Position numbers and translations under genes: made by a program
In this document: piece by piece, positions 1 through 10,134 of the stretch
How the letters are laid out: the number at the start of each line of letters is the position of its first letter
Position numbering within the stretch: position 1 is the first letter of the stretch
Notes under the pieces: model-generated
What the model was told of the DNA's origin: nothing
Databases searched by the model: none
The model's input: only the letters and a program-made list of their open reading frames with translations
Origin: Candidatus Omnitrophota bacterium
GTDB taxonomy: Bacteria; Omnitrophota; Gorgyraeia; Zapsychrales; JBDRMG01
DNA length: 64,000 nt
Assembly (NCBI GenBank): GCA_043812495.1
Contig: JBDRMG010000016.1
Location: 2,137 to 66,136, forward strand
Direction of reading: 5' to 3'

Positions 1-559
1 GAAAATCTTTTGACCGTTTAGCCCACAGGGTCGTGCGTTCGCACGCTTTTTGGGCCTTCTTATGTTCGCAAGGATACTCCACGCATTCATCCAAAGGCAT
101 CATCATATCTGAGCCGAGGCGATTTTGAATGCGGATAATGTCTTCAGGGGCAAAGAAGTGCAGCTTCCCATCCAAATGAGAATTGAATGTCACGCCGTCA
201 TCTCTGATTTTTCTTAACCTCGCCAAGCTGAAGACCTGATAACCGCCGCTATCCGTTAAAATCGGCCCTTTCCATTTCATAAAAGAATGTAGGCCTCCGG
301 CTTGTTCGATCGTCTCTATCCCCGGACGCAAAAAAAGATGATAGGTATTGGATAAAACGATCTGGAGTTCCAGTTTCACTAAATCCTCAAGCGGAAGCGC
401 CTTCACCGTCGCATTGGTCGCCACAGGCATAAAAAAAGGCGAATGGATGGGCCCATGGGCCGTCTGAAGAAGCGCGCAGCGCGCCTTTGTTTTTGTATCG
501 GCGTGTTCGATCGTAAAAATCTTCTTCAAATTCTGAATGTTCGCAGTGCTTTTCATCAT
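1..559 (-). CDS. tgt: Queuine tRNA-ribosyltransferase (tRNA-guanine transglycosylase), N-terminal part. The gene runs off the window start.
   Basis: The minus-strand translation from ATG at 559 reads MMKSTANIQNL...HSPFFMPVATNATVKAL...NTYHLFLRPG...LTDSGGYQVFSL. This matches the conserved Tgt N-terminal region and TDSGG(F/Y)Q motif. It is absent from the ORF track because it is truncated by the window edge. It sits 6 nt downstream of the queA stop. Confidence 0.8.
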   Translation of the reverse strand, partial: MMKSTANIQNLKKIFTIEHADTKTKARCALLQTAHGPIHSPFFMPVATNATVKALPLEDLVKLELQIVLSNTYHLFLRPGIETIEQAGGLHSFMKWKGPILTDSGGYQVFSLARLRKIRDDGVTFNSHLDGKLHFFAPEDIIRIQNRLGSDMMMPLDECVEYPCEHKKAQKACERTTLWAKRSKDF

Positions 560-565
560 TTTGTC

Positions 566-1570
566 TTAAAGGACCAACATCGCATCCCCGTAGCTAAAAA
601 ATCGATATTGATTCCTGATCGCCTCCTGATAGGCGCGCTTCATAAGCGCATGTCCGGCAAAAGCCGAGACAAGCATCAGAAGCGTACTTAAAGGAAGATG
701 AAAATTGGTTAATAGGATGTCGACGAAATGGAACCGATAACCCGGATAGACAAAAAGATCTGTATTTCCTTGCAACTGTCCCGTATCGGCCACTGTTTCA
801 AGGACCCGGCAACTTGTCGTTCCCACGGCCAGAATCTTCTTTCCCTCTTTTTTGTGACGCTTGATGCGTTTAAAAGTTTCCTGGGTCATATGGTAGCGTT
901 CGGTATGCATTTTGTGTTTTGTAATATCGGTTTCTTCAACCGGTTTAAACGTCGCATAATTAATATGAAGCGTGACCTTTTGAAAAGGATGCCCCTGATT
1001 CATAAGGCGCGTGATGAGCCTTTGGGTAAAATGCAGCCCGGCTGTCGGCGCGGCCACAGATCCTTCTTTATTCGCATACACGGTTTGATAATATCGGCGG
1101 TCGATCGGTTCATCCGCTCTTTTGATATAAGGGGGCAGCGGCATATGTCCGATGCGATTCAATGCCTTGGTCAAATTCTTTTGATTAAAGCGAACCGTGT
1201 TTTTATCGATAATCTCGGCTATCAACCCATTGCCGTCAAACTGAATTTGATCATGATATTTCAATCTTCGCACAGGGCGTAACAAGGCGTGATAAGAATA
1301 CTTGTCGGCCAGCTGATTAAGAAGAAAAATCTCGACCTGCCCGCCTGTTCTTTGCTTGCGCCCTAGTAAACGGGCACAGATGACCTTGCTATCATTGAGC
1401 ACGATCATGCTTTCGGTCGGTAAATATTTTTCCAAATTCGCAAAACGGTCATGCGTTATCGTTTGCTTGTCCCGATTTAGGACTAGCAAGCGCGCTTGAT
1501 CTCTTCTTTTCAGCGGATATTGCGCAATAAGATTTTGCGGCAAATGGTAATCAAAATCTTGCAGTTTCAT
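566..1570 (-). CDS. queA: S-adenosylmethionine:tRNA ribosyltransferase-isomerase
   Basis: The ORF 566..1621 aligns along its full length to QueA (MKLQDFDYHLPQNLIAQYP, GHMPLPPYI, AAPTAGLHF, VGTTSCR, NFHLPLSTLLMLVSAFAG, RFFSYGDAML). The start is placed at the internal MKLQDF to match the QueA N-terminus. Confidence 0.9.
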   Translation of the reverse strand: MKLQDFDYHLPQNLIAQYPLKRRDQARLLVLNRDKQTITHDRFANLEKYLPTESMIVLNDSKVICARLLGRKQRTGGQVEIFLLNQLADKYSYHALLRPVRRLKYHDQIQFDGNGLIAEIIDKNTVRFNQKNLTKALNRIGHMPLPPYIKRADEPIDRRYYQTVYANKEGSVAAPTAGLHFTQRLITRLMNQGHPFQKVTLHINYATFKPVEETDITKHKMHTERYHMTQETFKRIKRHKKEGKKILAVGTTSCRVLETVADTGQLQGNTDLFVYPGYRFHFVDILLTNFHLPLSTLLMLVSAFAGHALMKRAYQEAIRNQYRFFSYGDAMLVL

Positions 1571-1610
1571 AGTTGTAGAAGTAGAAATAGTATTTATGTC
1601 TTTGCTTAAT

Positions 1611-1644
1611 CCCCCCACCACTTTTTATAAAAAAGTGGGGGGGG
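1611..1644 (-). terminator. GC-rich hairpin (CCCCCCACCACTTTTT/ATAA/AAAAGTGGGGGGGG) abutting the stop of the SpoIID-like gene and 40 nt upstream of the queA start
   Basis: The inverted repeat is visible in the sequence. There is no clear U-tract, so it may act as a terminator or attenuator. Confidence 0.4.
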
Positions 1645-2868
1645 TCAATTCGGCCTCGCACTTATGTTCTGCCCCACCTTTGGCGGGGCATCCATAAGTG
1701 CGGGCCTCATTGAAACAATGTCAACGCCGGGATAATAGAATTTTAAAATTTTATCATAGGAATACCTTTCACGAGCCATAAAATTGACGCCCCATTGGCA
1801 TAAACCGACGCCGTGCCCCCATCCTTTTCCGCTAAAATCCATATAATAGCCTTTGGGGATGGTCTGGTAATTATTGCTTTTGATGATATTGGGCCCGATG
1901 ATATCGCGAAAGGTTTTTCCCTCCATCTCTAGAGTCTTATTGTCCCTGGTTGTGATCAAGAGTTTGTCGATGCGTCCGCTTTTATTACGCTCAAGTATCT
2001 CGATATCTTTAATAAGCCAAAGAGCGTATCCCGCCGCATTCAGTTTCTCTTGAATTTCTTTTAACTGAATGTTCTTTTTCCATGAAAAATGAGGTGATTG
2101 TCTGCAATAAGGACAAACAACGCCTTTTAAACAAGGCCAATCCCCTTTCCAAAGATTGCTCGCATCTTCCGTATGCCCGGCGCAGGTGGCATGATAATAC
2201 GCAGGGATGATTTTCCCCTGATAGGTCATGACCAAACCTTTTGTGCGGTTGACAGCAATATTTGTTCGATACCTCTCGGCATGACGTCCGCCATAAACTT
2301 GAGAATAGATATCGCTTCGCACATCAAATGTCTTATTCTTATTAATGTTTTTCTGATAAAGCGCATAGGTTCTGGCCGCCACGGCCTGGGCCTTCATGGC
2401 CTCCATGGGCCAGCGATGAGAAATCTCATGATAAAGAACGCCTTTGATATAATCTTCCAAATCAACGGTATTGACAACGATACCCTGATGGTCTTGCGTT
2501 CTAATAATACTCAGGGAACCTCTAAATCGTCGACGATTGACATAAATAGACGCGTCTTTGGTCGGCTGAATGTTAATCCAATCCAAAGAATATTCTTTTT
2601 CGGCAATCATGATGCTTTTCGATGTAAATTCAACCGTAGAGTCCTTCAGGGCCTTTCTCTCTTCGCTCAGAATATTATTGTGCTGGTCCGTTAACTTATA
2701 TCCGCCCTGGATCGCGCAATCAAAATTCGATATATCCGTTAAGATGGCTACCCTGATCACAGAGGCCGCGGTATTCGTCAGCCCATAGACCGATCGTTGA
2801 GCCAAAGGAATTTGCAACAGTAGACCCAGAGCACATAAAATTGATAATTTTCGCATGCACTTGGTCAT
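1645..2868 (-). CDS. SpoIID/LytB-domain protein with N-terminal signal peptide
   Basis: The 407-aa ORF has a hydrophobic N-terminus and the SpoIID-family core (AMKAQAVAARTYAL, YHATCAGHTE, WGHGVGLCQWG). Confidence 0.75.
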   Translation of the reverse strand: MTKCMRKLSILCALGLLLQIPLAQRSVYGLTNTAASVIRVAILTDISNFDCAIQGGYKLTDQHNNILSEERKALKDSTVEFTSKSIMIAEKEYSLDWINIQPTKDASIYVNRRRFRGSLSIIRTQDHQGIVVNTVDLEDYIKGVLYHEISHRWPMEAMKAQAVAARTYALYQKNINKNKTFDVRSDIYSQVYGGRHAERYRTNIAVNRTKGLVMTYQGKIIPAYYHATCAGHTEDASNLWKGDWPCLKGVVCPYCRQSPHFSWKKNIQLKEIQEKLNAAGYALWLIKDIEILERNKSGRIDKLLITTRDNKTLEMEGKTFRDIIGPNIIKSNNYQTIPKGYYMDFSGKGWGHGVGLCQWGVNFMARERYSYDKILKFYYPGVDIVSMRPALMDAPPKVGQNISARPN

Positions 2869-3080
2869 GGTTTACGGAATAAATAAAATAGCAGACTTGC
2901 GATGAGGCTCAGAAGAATGCATGTCGTTAAAGGAAAATAGAATGTAAAATTCTCTTTTTTAATCAAAAGATCGCCGGGCAACCGGCCCATTCCGGGAATT
3001 TTGCCAAGGACAATTACCAAAACGCCCAGGCCAATCAAGAGAACACCGATCATAATTAAAACTTTACCGAAATCAAACAT
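2865..3080 (-). CDS. Small membrane protein (DUF2905-like, two TM helices)
   Basis: The 71-aa ORF is strongly hydrophobic (MFDFGKVLIMIGVLLIGLGVLVIVLGKIPGMGRLPGDLL). It overlaps the downstream gene by 4 nt. Confidence 0.5.
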   Translation of the reverse strand: MFDFGKVLIMIGVLLIGLGVLVIVLGKIPGMGRLPGDLLIKKENFTFYFPLTTCILLSLIASLLFYLFRKP

Positions 3081-3278
3081 AGCTCATTTCTTTTTTCTCG
3101 ACAATCGCATCTTCCTTCGCGTTGGCGATCTGTTATTGTCGAATCCTCTTGCCTTGATTAAGGTTCTTTCTAATTGATGTTGAATGAAAGAACCTGGGCC
3201 ATTCAATCTTTTTCATCATCTATTTGTCTTGCTTTAAGTTAAGAGATACTTATCAATCCAAATCAGAATGGCCCTTGA

Positions 3279-4316
3279 TTAATAGAGTTCTTTCTGAAGG
3301 TTACGATTTGCGGACAAGGGGGCATGGAAATGTTTCAAAGCAGTTTCCGTTATTTGTCGACCGCGCGACGTGCGCTGCAGGAATCCGATTTTCATCAAAA
3401 ACGGTTCAATGACATCGACGATCGTATCGGGCTCTTCGTTGAGAGAGGCGGCCAGCGCCTCAAGACCGACGGGCCCACCCTTATATTGCTTGATCAGCGT
3501 CTCAATCAGGCGTCGATCCTTTTCGTCAAGACCAACATCATCAATGCCCAATTTTGTCATGGATTTTTCAACAAGGGTTTTCGTGATTTGCGAGTCATTG
3601 GCCTTCACTTGCGCATAATCCCGTACGCGCCGCAACAGCCTGTTGGCAATGCGCGGGGTTCCGCGCGCGCGCCGGGCAATTTCACAGGCGGCTTCCTGAT
3701 CAATCGTTAAATTTAATTTGGAAGCGGAGTTGATCACGATGCACCCGAGTTCTTCTTCATTATAGAACTCAAGATGATAGAAAATGCCGAATCGATCACG
3801 CAAAGGAGACGCCAAAAGTCCGCTGCGGGTCGTCGCGCCGATCAACGTGAAGGGTTTGAGATTGAATTTGATAGTCCTCGCATAGGGCCCCTTATCCACC
3901 ACAAAGTCAATCTGGAAATTCTCCATGGCCGGGTAGAGAAACTCCTCGACTGTTTTTGATAGACGATGGATCTCATCGATAAAAAGGACATCGCCTTGCT
4001 CTAGATTTGTAAGAATTCCAATAAAGTCGCCGGCACGGTCGATGGCCGGGCCTGAGGTCACAGTGATACGCGTTCCCATTTCATGGGCCACAATATACGC
4101 CAGTGTCGTTTTTCCTAAGCCCGGAGGACCGCTAAAAAGCACATGCTCCACCGGCTCGCGTCTTTGTTTAGCGGCCTGCAGAGCAACATTTAAATTGTCA
4201 ATCAAGTCTTTCTGACCGACAAAATCCTGCAGCTTAGACGGCCGTAATGATAATCCAACGACGATATCTTCGTCGGTTTCTTGGTTGACGATAATCCTCT
4301 GTCGTTCGTCACTCAT
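3279..4316 (-). CDS. ruvB: Holliday junction branch migration ATPase RuvB
   Basis: Walker A GPPGLGKTTLA, the RuvB sensor motifs and a winged-helix C-terminus, across the full 345-aa length. Confidence 0.95.
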   Translation of the reverse strand: MSDERQRIIVNQETDEDIVVGLSLRPSKLQDFVGQKDLIDNLNVALQAAKQRREPVEHVLFSGPPGLGKTTLAYIVAHEMGTRITVTSGPAIDRAGDFIGILTNLEQGDVLFIDEIHRLSKTVEEFLYPAMENFQIDFVVDKGPYARTIKFNLKPFTLIGATTRSGLLASPLRDRFGIFYHLEFYNEEELGCIVINSASKLNLTIDQEAACEIARRARGTPRIANRLLRRVRDYAQVKANDSQITKTLVEKSMTKLGIDDVGLDEKDRRLIETLIKQYKGGPVGLEALAASLNEEPDTIVDVIEPFLMKIGFLQRTSRGRQITETALKHFHAPLSANRNLQKELY

Positions 4317-5089
4317 GCGTCGTTTCCTTGGGAATTGTCATCCTCTTGTTTTTCTTCAATAATCATGTTGTCTTTATTGCGAACGATTTCAATTTCCCCG
4401 AACAATCTCTTTTGCAGTACCAAAATTTCCTTCAGCCGGATCAATTCTAAAATGGCCATAAAAATCACAACGATTTCTATCTTTATTTGCGCCTGCTCAA
4501 AGAGATCCATCAAGAGAATCTTTGGTTTTTCCAACAAAAGATGCAAGATGTCATGAATTTTCTGTTCGACGGTGTGTTCGTCCTTAATGACTTGGTAAAA
4601 AGTTTCTTTGGGAACATTCTTAAGGACCTTGGTAAAAGCCGTAATCAGATCAAAAAGGCTGGCCTCGAAATAAGTTTCCTTGGCGTCTTCCTTGATCTCT
4701 TGGGTGAGCTCTTCATCGCCAATGCGCGAGAATAGATCCTGACGCTTGAGCTCCTTTTCCCTCAAGTCTTCGGCAATTTCTTTGAATTTTTTATATTCCA
4801 ACAATCGCCGGACAAGTTCATCGCGCGGATCTTCCTCTTGGTCTTCCTGGACAGTCGGATCCGGAGGAAGCAGCATACGGGATTTGATCTGTAATAGAGT
4901 GGCCGCCATCACAAGAAAATCACCGACGATGTCCAAATCCATAAGCTTAATCATTTCCAGATATTCGAGATACTGCTCGGTTACCTCGGTAATCGGGATA
5001 TCATAAATATTGACTTCATTCTTCTTGATGAGATACAAAAGAAGATCCAGGGGGCCTTCAAAGACGGCGAGTTTTAACTTGTAGCTCAT
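4313..5089 (-). CDS. scpA: Segregation and condensation protein A
   Basis: The N-terminus FEGPLDLLLYLIKKNEVNIYDIPITEVTEQYLEYL is the ScpA signature. It overlaps ruvB by 4 nt. Confidence 0.85.
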   Translation of the reverse strand: MSYKLKLAVFEGPLDLLLYLIKKNEVNIYDIPITEVTEQYLEYLEMIKLMDLDIVGDFLVMAATLLQIKSRMLLPPDPTVQEDQEEDPRDELVRRLLEYKKFKEIAEDLREKELKRQDLFSRIGDEELTQEIKEDAKETYFEASLFDLITAFTKVLKNVPKETFYQVIKDEHTVEQKIHDILHLLLEKPKILLMDLFEQAQIKIEIVVIFMAILELIRLKEILVLQKRLFGEIEIVRNKDNMIIEEKQEDDNSQGNDA

Positions 5090-6069
5090 GATCCGAAAAC
5101 CACCTTTCTGACTTCGGTCATGGTTTTTTGGGCAATGTCTTGAGCCTTTTTGGCGCCCACTTCAAGGATTTGCATAATGCGATCCTTATTCTTGCTTAAA
5201 GCGCGTCTTTTTTCTTGAATGGGCTCAAGCAGTTTCATAATCTCCTGGGCTAAACTCTTCTTGCACTCGGTGCATCCTTTCTTGGCATGAATACACCAGT
5301 CGCATACCTCTTCTGATTTCTGGGGAACAAAAACTTTATAATAGCTATAGACATTGCAAATATCCGGATGGCCGGGGTCGGAAATTCTTATTCTTTGCGG
5401 ATCGGTGACCATGCTTTGAATCTTTTGATAAACGACCTTTTCTTCATCGGAAAGGTTAATGGCGTTATCATAGCTTTTGCTCATTTTTCGATTATCAACA
5501 CCCAAAAGACGCGGTGTCGACGTCAAGATGGCTTCGCAATCCGAAAAAAGATTTGTCTTGTATAGATGATTGAAACGCCGGGCGATCTCCCGCGTAAGTT
5601 CAATATGCGGAAGCTGATCTTCGCCAATAGGAACCGCCTGGGCATGATAAAGCAAAATATCCGCTGCCTGCAAGACGGGGTAACCCAGGAATCCGTATGT
5701 TTGCAAATCTCTCGTTGTGATCTCGCGCAGTTGTTCTTTGTAGATGGGATTGCGCTCAAGCCAACCCAAAGGCGTGATGCACGCAAAAAACATGCTCAAT
5801 TCAAGATGCTCAGGTACGTGGGATTGAACAAAAAGAATGGATTTATTGGGGTCTAAACCACAGGCGATCCAATCCAAAGCCATGTCCGCAATATTTTCGT
5901 TGATTTCCTGGCTCTGTTCGTATTCCCCCATCAGGGCATGCCAATCCACGATGCCGAAGATACAGTCATACTCCTCTTGGAGTTTGATCCAATTGTTCAG
6001 GGCGCCGACCAAATGCCCCAAGTGCAGTTTACCCGTCGGTCGCATTCCGCTAAAGATTCTTTTTTTCAT
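5086..6069 (-). CDS. trpS: Tryptophan--tRNA ligase
   Basis: Class I aaRS HIGH-like motif GKLHLGH and KMSKS, over a TrpRS-length 327 aa. Confidence 0.92.
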   Translation of the reverse strand: MKKRIFSGMRPTGKLHLGHLVGALNNWIKLQEEYDCIFGIVDWHALMGEYEQSQEINENIADMALDWIACGLDPNKSILFVQSHVPEHLELSMFFACITPLGWLERNPIYKEQLREITTRDLQTYGFLGYPVLQAADILLYHAQAVPIGEDQLPHIELTREIARRFNHLYKTNLFSDCEAILTSTPRLLGVDNRKMSKSYDNAINLSDEEKVVYQKIQSMVTDPQRIRISDPGHPDICNVYSYYKVFVPQKSEEVCDWCIHAKKGCTECKKSLAQEIMKLLEPIQEKRRALSKNKDRIMQILEVGAKKAQDIAQKTMTEVRKVVFGS

Positions 6070-8426
6070 AGCGTCCTTGCAATTTTCTCGATTTCATAGG
6101 CCTCGATGATGTCGCCGGCCTGAATCTCGGAATAGTTTTCTAAAGAAATGCCGCATTCGAAACCTTCGCCAACGTCGCGCACATCATCCTTAAAGCGTTT
6201 GAGCGACGAAATAGAACCGGAAAAAACAACCTCTCCGTTCCGCAGGACATCCACTTTAGCCTTGCGATGAATTTTGCCTTTTTGTACGAAGCACCCGGCT
6301 ATGATTCCTGAGCGGCTCAACTTAAAGACCTGACGCACTTCGATTTTCGCCAAGAATTTCTTCTTTAACTTCGGCTCGAGAAGTCCTTCCAAAGCATTCT
6401 TGATATCTTTGATCGCATCATAAATGATCCGGTAGGTGCGCACATCCACGGGATTTTTCTCCAATTCCTGCTGCGCCCGAGGGTCCACATCCACATTGAA
6501 GCCAAGTATAATCGCGTCCGACGCGGCGGCCAAAATGACATCGGAGGAGTTAATCAATCCCATTCCTGTATGGATGAATTTGATCTGCACATCCTTGGTG
6601 GTAATTTTGTCAAGATTCTCTTTGACCGCTTCCAAAGACCCCTGAACATCTGCTTTCAAAATAATGCGAAGCTCCTTGATCGTTCCGGCTTGGATCTGCG
6701 CATACAAATCCTCGAGCGTAATCTTTCCGGTAGACTGCATTTTTTTATGCCGGAGCTGCTGTTGTCTCTGATCTGAAATCTCTTTGGCTTTTCGTTCATC
6801 TTCAACGACATAAAAAATTTCACCGGCTTCGGGAACACCCGAAAGGCCTAAAACCTCTGCAGGATCCGACGGTCCTGCCTCCTTAATCGATCTTTTGTGA
6901 TCATCCAACATGGCCTTGATTTTACCGTAATGCGGTCCGGCAATAATCACATCGCCTTCTTTCAAGACCCCGTTATGCACAATAACAGTTGCCAGCGGGC
7001 CTTTTCCATGGCAAAGTTCGGCTTCGACAACAATGCCCGTCGCCTTTTTCTCATAGTTGGCCTTCAACTCAAGTAACTCAGCTTCCAGTAAAATCATCTC
7101 CAGAAGAGTGTCGATGCCTTCGCCCGTCAGAGCGGAAACACCTGCAACAACCGTTTTTCCTCCCCAATCTTCGGGCGTGAGATCTTTTTTAACGAGTTGT
7201 TTCTTGACAAGATCGGGATCCGCGTTCTTTTTATCGATTTTGTTGAGCGCAACAATAATCGGAACGTTGGCCGCCCGCGCATGATCAATGGCTTCCTCAG
7301 TCTGGGGCATAATGCCTTCCTCAGCCGCCACGACGAGAACAACCAAATCGGTGATATGCGCACCGCGTGCGCGCATCGAGGTAAAGGCTTCATGACCGGG
7401 CGTATCCAAGAATGTTATTTTTCCTTTGGGCAATGTCACGGAATAAGCACCAATATGCTGCGTAATACCACCGTGTTCTTTGTCCGTAAGTTTACTTTTT
7501 CGAATCTTATCCAAAAGCGAAGTCTTACCATGATCCACATGCCCCATAAAGGTGACAATAGGCGCGCGCGGTTTCAATAGTTTCGGATCTTCTCCCTGCA
7601 GCTTATGAAAATCAATAATCTGTTCTTCTCTCGATTTAACTTTAATAAGGGCAAAACCGAATTCCTCAGCCATTTTCTTAACCAGTTCTTCATCAAGACT
7701 CTGATTGATATTGGCAAAGAAACCCTTTTGCATGAGTGATTTAAGAAGAACGCTTGGTTTCTGCTGAAGCCGCACAGCCAGGTCCTTAACGGAAATGGGG
7801 CACGCGATTTCGATTTCTTTTAAAGGCCCTTCGGCCTTTTCTTGAACTTCTTTGACTTGCGCAGTCTCCGGATGCTCAGCAATGTTTTGCGTGTCTTTCT
7901 TTTTGTCTTCAATTTTGAAAGAAGATGAGGTTGGCGCCGCAAAGAACGGTCTTGATCTTTGCTTCATGGAGTAAGGCCGCTTAAGAATAACCTCCTCAAT
8001 GACGGGTTCTTTCTTAATCTCTTTCTTTTTCCCCTCTTGAGCTTTCTCGACTTTAGGCTTTTTGACAGAGACTTTTTTCTCTTTTAAAGCACCCTTTCCC
8101 TTGGCTGTCTTTGTAACCTGCGCTTCGACTTTCTTTGACAGGGAAGGTTTTGCTTCTTTTTGTTTTTCTTGAGTTTCTTTTTTGGCTTTCTTTTCTTTCG
8201 GAGTTTTCGCTTTTGCTTCTTTCGCGGATTTCTCCTGTCCGGTAATTTCCTTTTCTTTTTTTGCCTGAGGCTTGGCAACACCCTTGAGAGCGCTTCTTAA
8301 GACAGCAATCACGGCGACATTCAGCTCTTGCTTGCCGTCCTTGGCCTTCAAATGCAAGGTTTTAAGCTTTGCCAAAATATCTTCGTTGGTGACGCCCAGT
8401 TCTTTCGCTAAATCAGAAACACGCAT
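6066..8426 (-). CDS. infB: Translation initiation factor IF-2
   Basis: A lysine-rich N-terminal region followed by the GTPase domain ([21 protein letters not shown]) and an IF-2 C-terminal domain, 786 aa. Confidence 0.95.
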   Translation of the reverse strand: MRVSDLAKELGVTNEDILAKLKTLHLKAKDGKQELNVAVIAVLRSALKGVAKPQAKKEKEITGQEKSAKEAKAKTPKEKKAKKETQEKQKEAKPSLSKKVEAQVTKTAKGKGALKEKKVSVKKPKVEKAQEGKKKEIKKEPVIEEVILKRPYSMKQRSRPFFAAPTSSSFKIEDKKKDTQNIAEHPETAQVKEVQEKAEGPLKEIEIACPISVKDLAVRLQQKPSVLLKSLMQKGFFANINQSLDEELVKKMAEEFGFALIKVKSREEQIIDFHKLQGEDPKLLKPRAPIVTFMGHVDHGKTSLLDKIRKSKLTDKEHGGITQHIGAYSVTLPKGKITFLDTPGHEAFTSMRARGAHITDLVVLVVAAEEGIMPQTEEAIDHARAANVPIIVALNKIDKKNADPDLVKKQLVKKDLTPEDWGGKTVVAGVSALTGEGIDTLLEMILLEAELLELKANYEKKATGIVVEAELCHGKGPLATVIVHNGVLKEGDVIIAGPHYGKIKAMLDDHKRSIKEAGPSDPAEVLGLSGVPEAGEIFYVVEDERKAKEISDQRQQQLRHKKMQSTGKITLEDLYAQIQAGTIKELRIILKADVQGSLEAVKENLDKITTKDVQIKFIHTGMGLINSSDVILAAASDAIILGFNVDVDPRAQQELEKNPVDVRTYRIIYDAIKDIKNALEGLLEPKLKKKFLAKIEVRQVFKLSRSGIIAGCFVQKGKIHRKAKVDVLRNGEVVFSGSISSLKRFKDDVRDVGEGFECGISLENYSEIQAGDIIEAYEIEKIARTL

Positions 8427-8443
8427 AGATTAAAATTCACTTT

Positions 8444-9655
8444 CTAGGACTCGTTAGCCTTTAATAATTGATGGGCCTCTTTGATAATATTGTTGGCTTT
8501 GACTTTGCCAAGGCCCTTAATGGTTGTCAATTCTTCCGGTTTGGCCGCTGCAATCTTCTCATAAGAATCGTAACCCGCCTCTTGAAGCGCTTCTATTAGC
8601 TTCTGGCCGACTCCGGTTATGCCTTGAAGAGAAGTCTCCTTTTCTTCGCCGGACTCTTGTGGTGCGCTTTCTTTCTTGTCGCCTTTCTCGGCCTTTTTCT
8701 GTTTTTCCTCCCATTGGGACAGAGAGTAAACATTCAGCTCCCAATCCACAAGCTTGGCCGCTAAGCGGATATTCTGCCCTTGCTTGCCAATGCTCAAAGA
8801 CAACTGGTCATCGGCAACGATAATATCGGCTTTTTTGTTCTCCTTGTCCAAGCGCATTTGGCTGATTTCCGCCGGAGAAAGGGCTGCGCGAATAAACTCT
8901 TTGATGTCCGGAGAATAGCGGACGATATCGATTTTTTCTCCGTGTAATTCTGAAACAATACTTTTCACGCGTGAACCGCGCATCCCGACACAAGCGCCCA
9001 CGCAATCAACCTTTTCATCCTTGGATGTTACGGCAATCTTTGTTCTCTGGCCCGCATCACGCGCAATGGCCTTAACCTCCACGATACCTTCATAAATTTC
9101 AGGAACTTCCAATTCAAAGAGCCGTTTAACAAAATTCACATGCGCCCGCGATAAAATGATTTGCGGACCCTTGGTTTCGCGTTTCACATCCAAGATATAG
9201 GCCCGGATACGATCCCCCTGCTTAAATTCCTCCTTAATGGATTGTTCGCTCTTGGGCAAGATGGCTTCCGTTTTTCCTAAATCCACGACAATCGTGCCTC
9301 GCTCAAAACGATAAACGGCACCGCTGACAATTTGACCAACGCGGGTTTGATATTCGCTAAAGACGACATCTTTTTCCGCTTCTCGGATTTTTTGGATCAC
9401 AACCTGCTTAGCCGTTTGAGCGGCGATACGGCCAAAATCTCTGGATTTGATCTCCTGTCCGCCTGCAAAGGCAACGATCTTTCCTGTCTTCCGATCCAAA
9501 ACGGCTTTGACGTCCTCCTCTTTGTCGACAGTCCAGAGTTTTTTGACAGCCGAGGCTACGGCCGATTCCACGGCCTCAATCAAGATCTCTTTATTAATGC
9601 CTTTGTCTCGCTCCAATTGTTCAAGAATCATCAATAATTCACTTTCCATGATCAA
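8444..9655 (-). CDS. nusA: Transcription termination/antitermination factor NusA
   Basis: NusA N-terminal domain, S1 and KH domains, plus a C-terminal HhH region, 403 aa. Confidence 0.92.
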   Translation of the reverse strand: MIMESELLMILEQLERDKGINKEILIEAVESAVASAVKKLWTVDKEEDVKAVLDRKTGKIVAFAGGQEIKSRDFGRIAAQTAKQVVIQKIREAEKDVVFSEYQTRVGQIVSGAVYRFERGTIVVDLGKTEAILPKSEQSIKEEFKQGDRIRAYILDVKRETKGPQIILSRAHVNFVKRLFELEVPEIYEGIVEVKAIARDAGQRTKIAVTSKDEKVDCVGACVGMRGSRVKSIVSELHGEKIDIVRYSPDIKEFIRAALSPAEISQMRLDKENKKADIIVADDQLSLSIGKQGQNIRLAAKLVDWELNVYSLSQWEEKQKKAEKGDKKESAPQESGEEKETSLQGITGVGQKLIEALQEAGYDSYEKIAAAKPEELTTIKGLGKVKANNIIKEAHQLLKANES

Positions 9656-9666
9656 CCTTTCCTAAG

Positions 9667-10122
9667 CTAAATAATCTGTTTCCCTTTATTAATAGTGTAA
9701 ATAGGTATTTTTATCATTTTTCCTTCGCAGTCGAGCAAAATATTTTCTTCTTGCGCGGCTTGAAGGATTCCCGCATGTTCGATCTTCTCTCCAACAGGTT
9801 CACTCAAAAAAACGCGGATGGCTCGCCCGATAACCCTTGCGAAATCCTTACGTGTCTTTAATGGCCGATCCAGCCCGGGAGAAGATACTTCCAGGGCATA
9901 GCGTCCGGAAATAAGATTTTCCTGCTCAAGGGCGCAACTGATCTGTTTGTTTAATTGCGTGCATTCCTCAACGGTAATACCGCCGTCTGCTCGATCCGCC
10001 AGAATTTCAATGGTGATATCTCTGCCTTGATGGCGTATGTGCAAATCCACCAAATCAAGTTGTGTCTCTTCAAAAAATGGCTTGGCTAACTCTTCTATTT
10101 GTTCCGGCAATTGATCCATCAA
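9667..10122 (-). CDS. rimP: Ribosome maturation factor RimP
   Basis: A 151-aa protein with the conserved LEVSSPGLDRPL motif, in the usual position upstream of nusA. Confidence 0.88.
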   Translation of the reverse strand: MMDQLPEQIEELAKPFFEETQLDLVDLHIRHQGRDITIEILADRADGGITVEECTQLNKQISCALEQENLISGRYALEVSSPGLDRPLKTRKDFARVIGRAIRVFLSEPVGEKIEHAGILQAAQEENILLDCEGKMIKIPIYTINKGKQII

Positions 10123-10134
10123 AACCTCGAGGGC

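Noticed and set aside
728-1282. 184-aa plus-strand ORF
   Set aside because: It is antisense within queA and is a shadow ORF.
3081-3278. Possible ncRNA in the 198-bp gap before ruvB
   Set aside because: It contains one 10-bp hairpin (AGGTTCTTTC...GAAAGAACCT) but no tRNA-like or known riboswitch features I can recognise. It is probably the promoter region for the downstream small gene plus a ruvB 3' structure.
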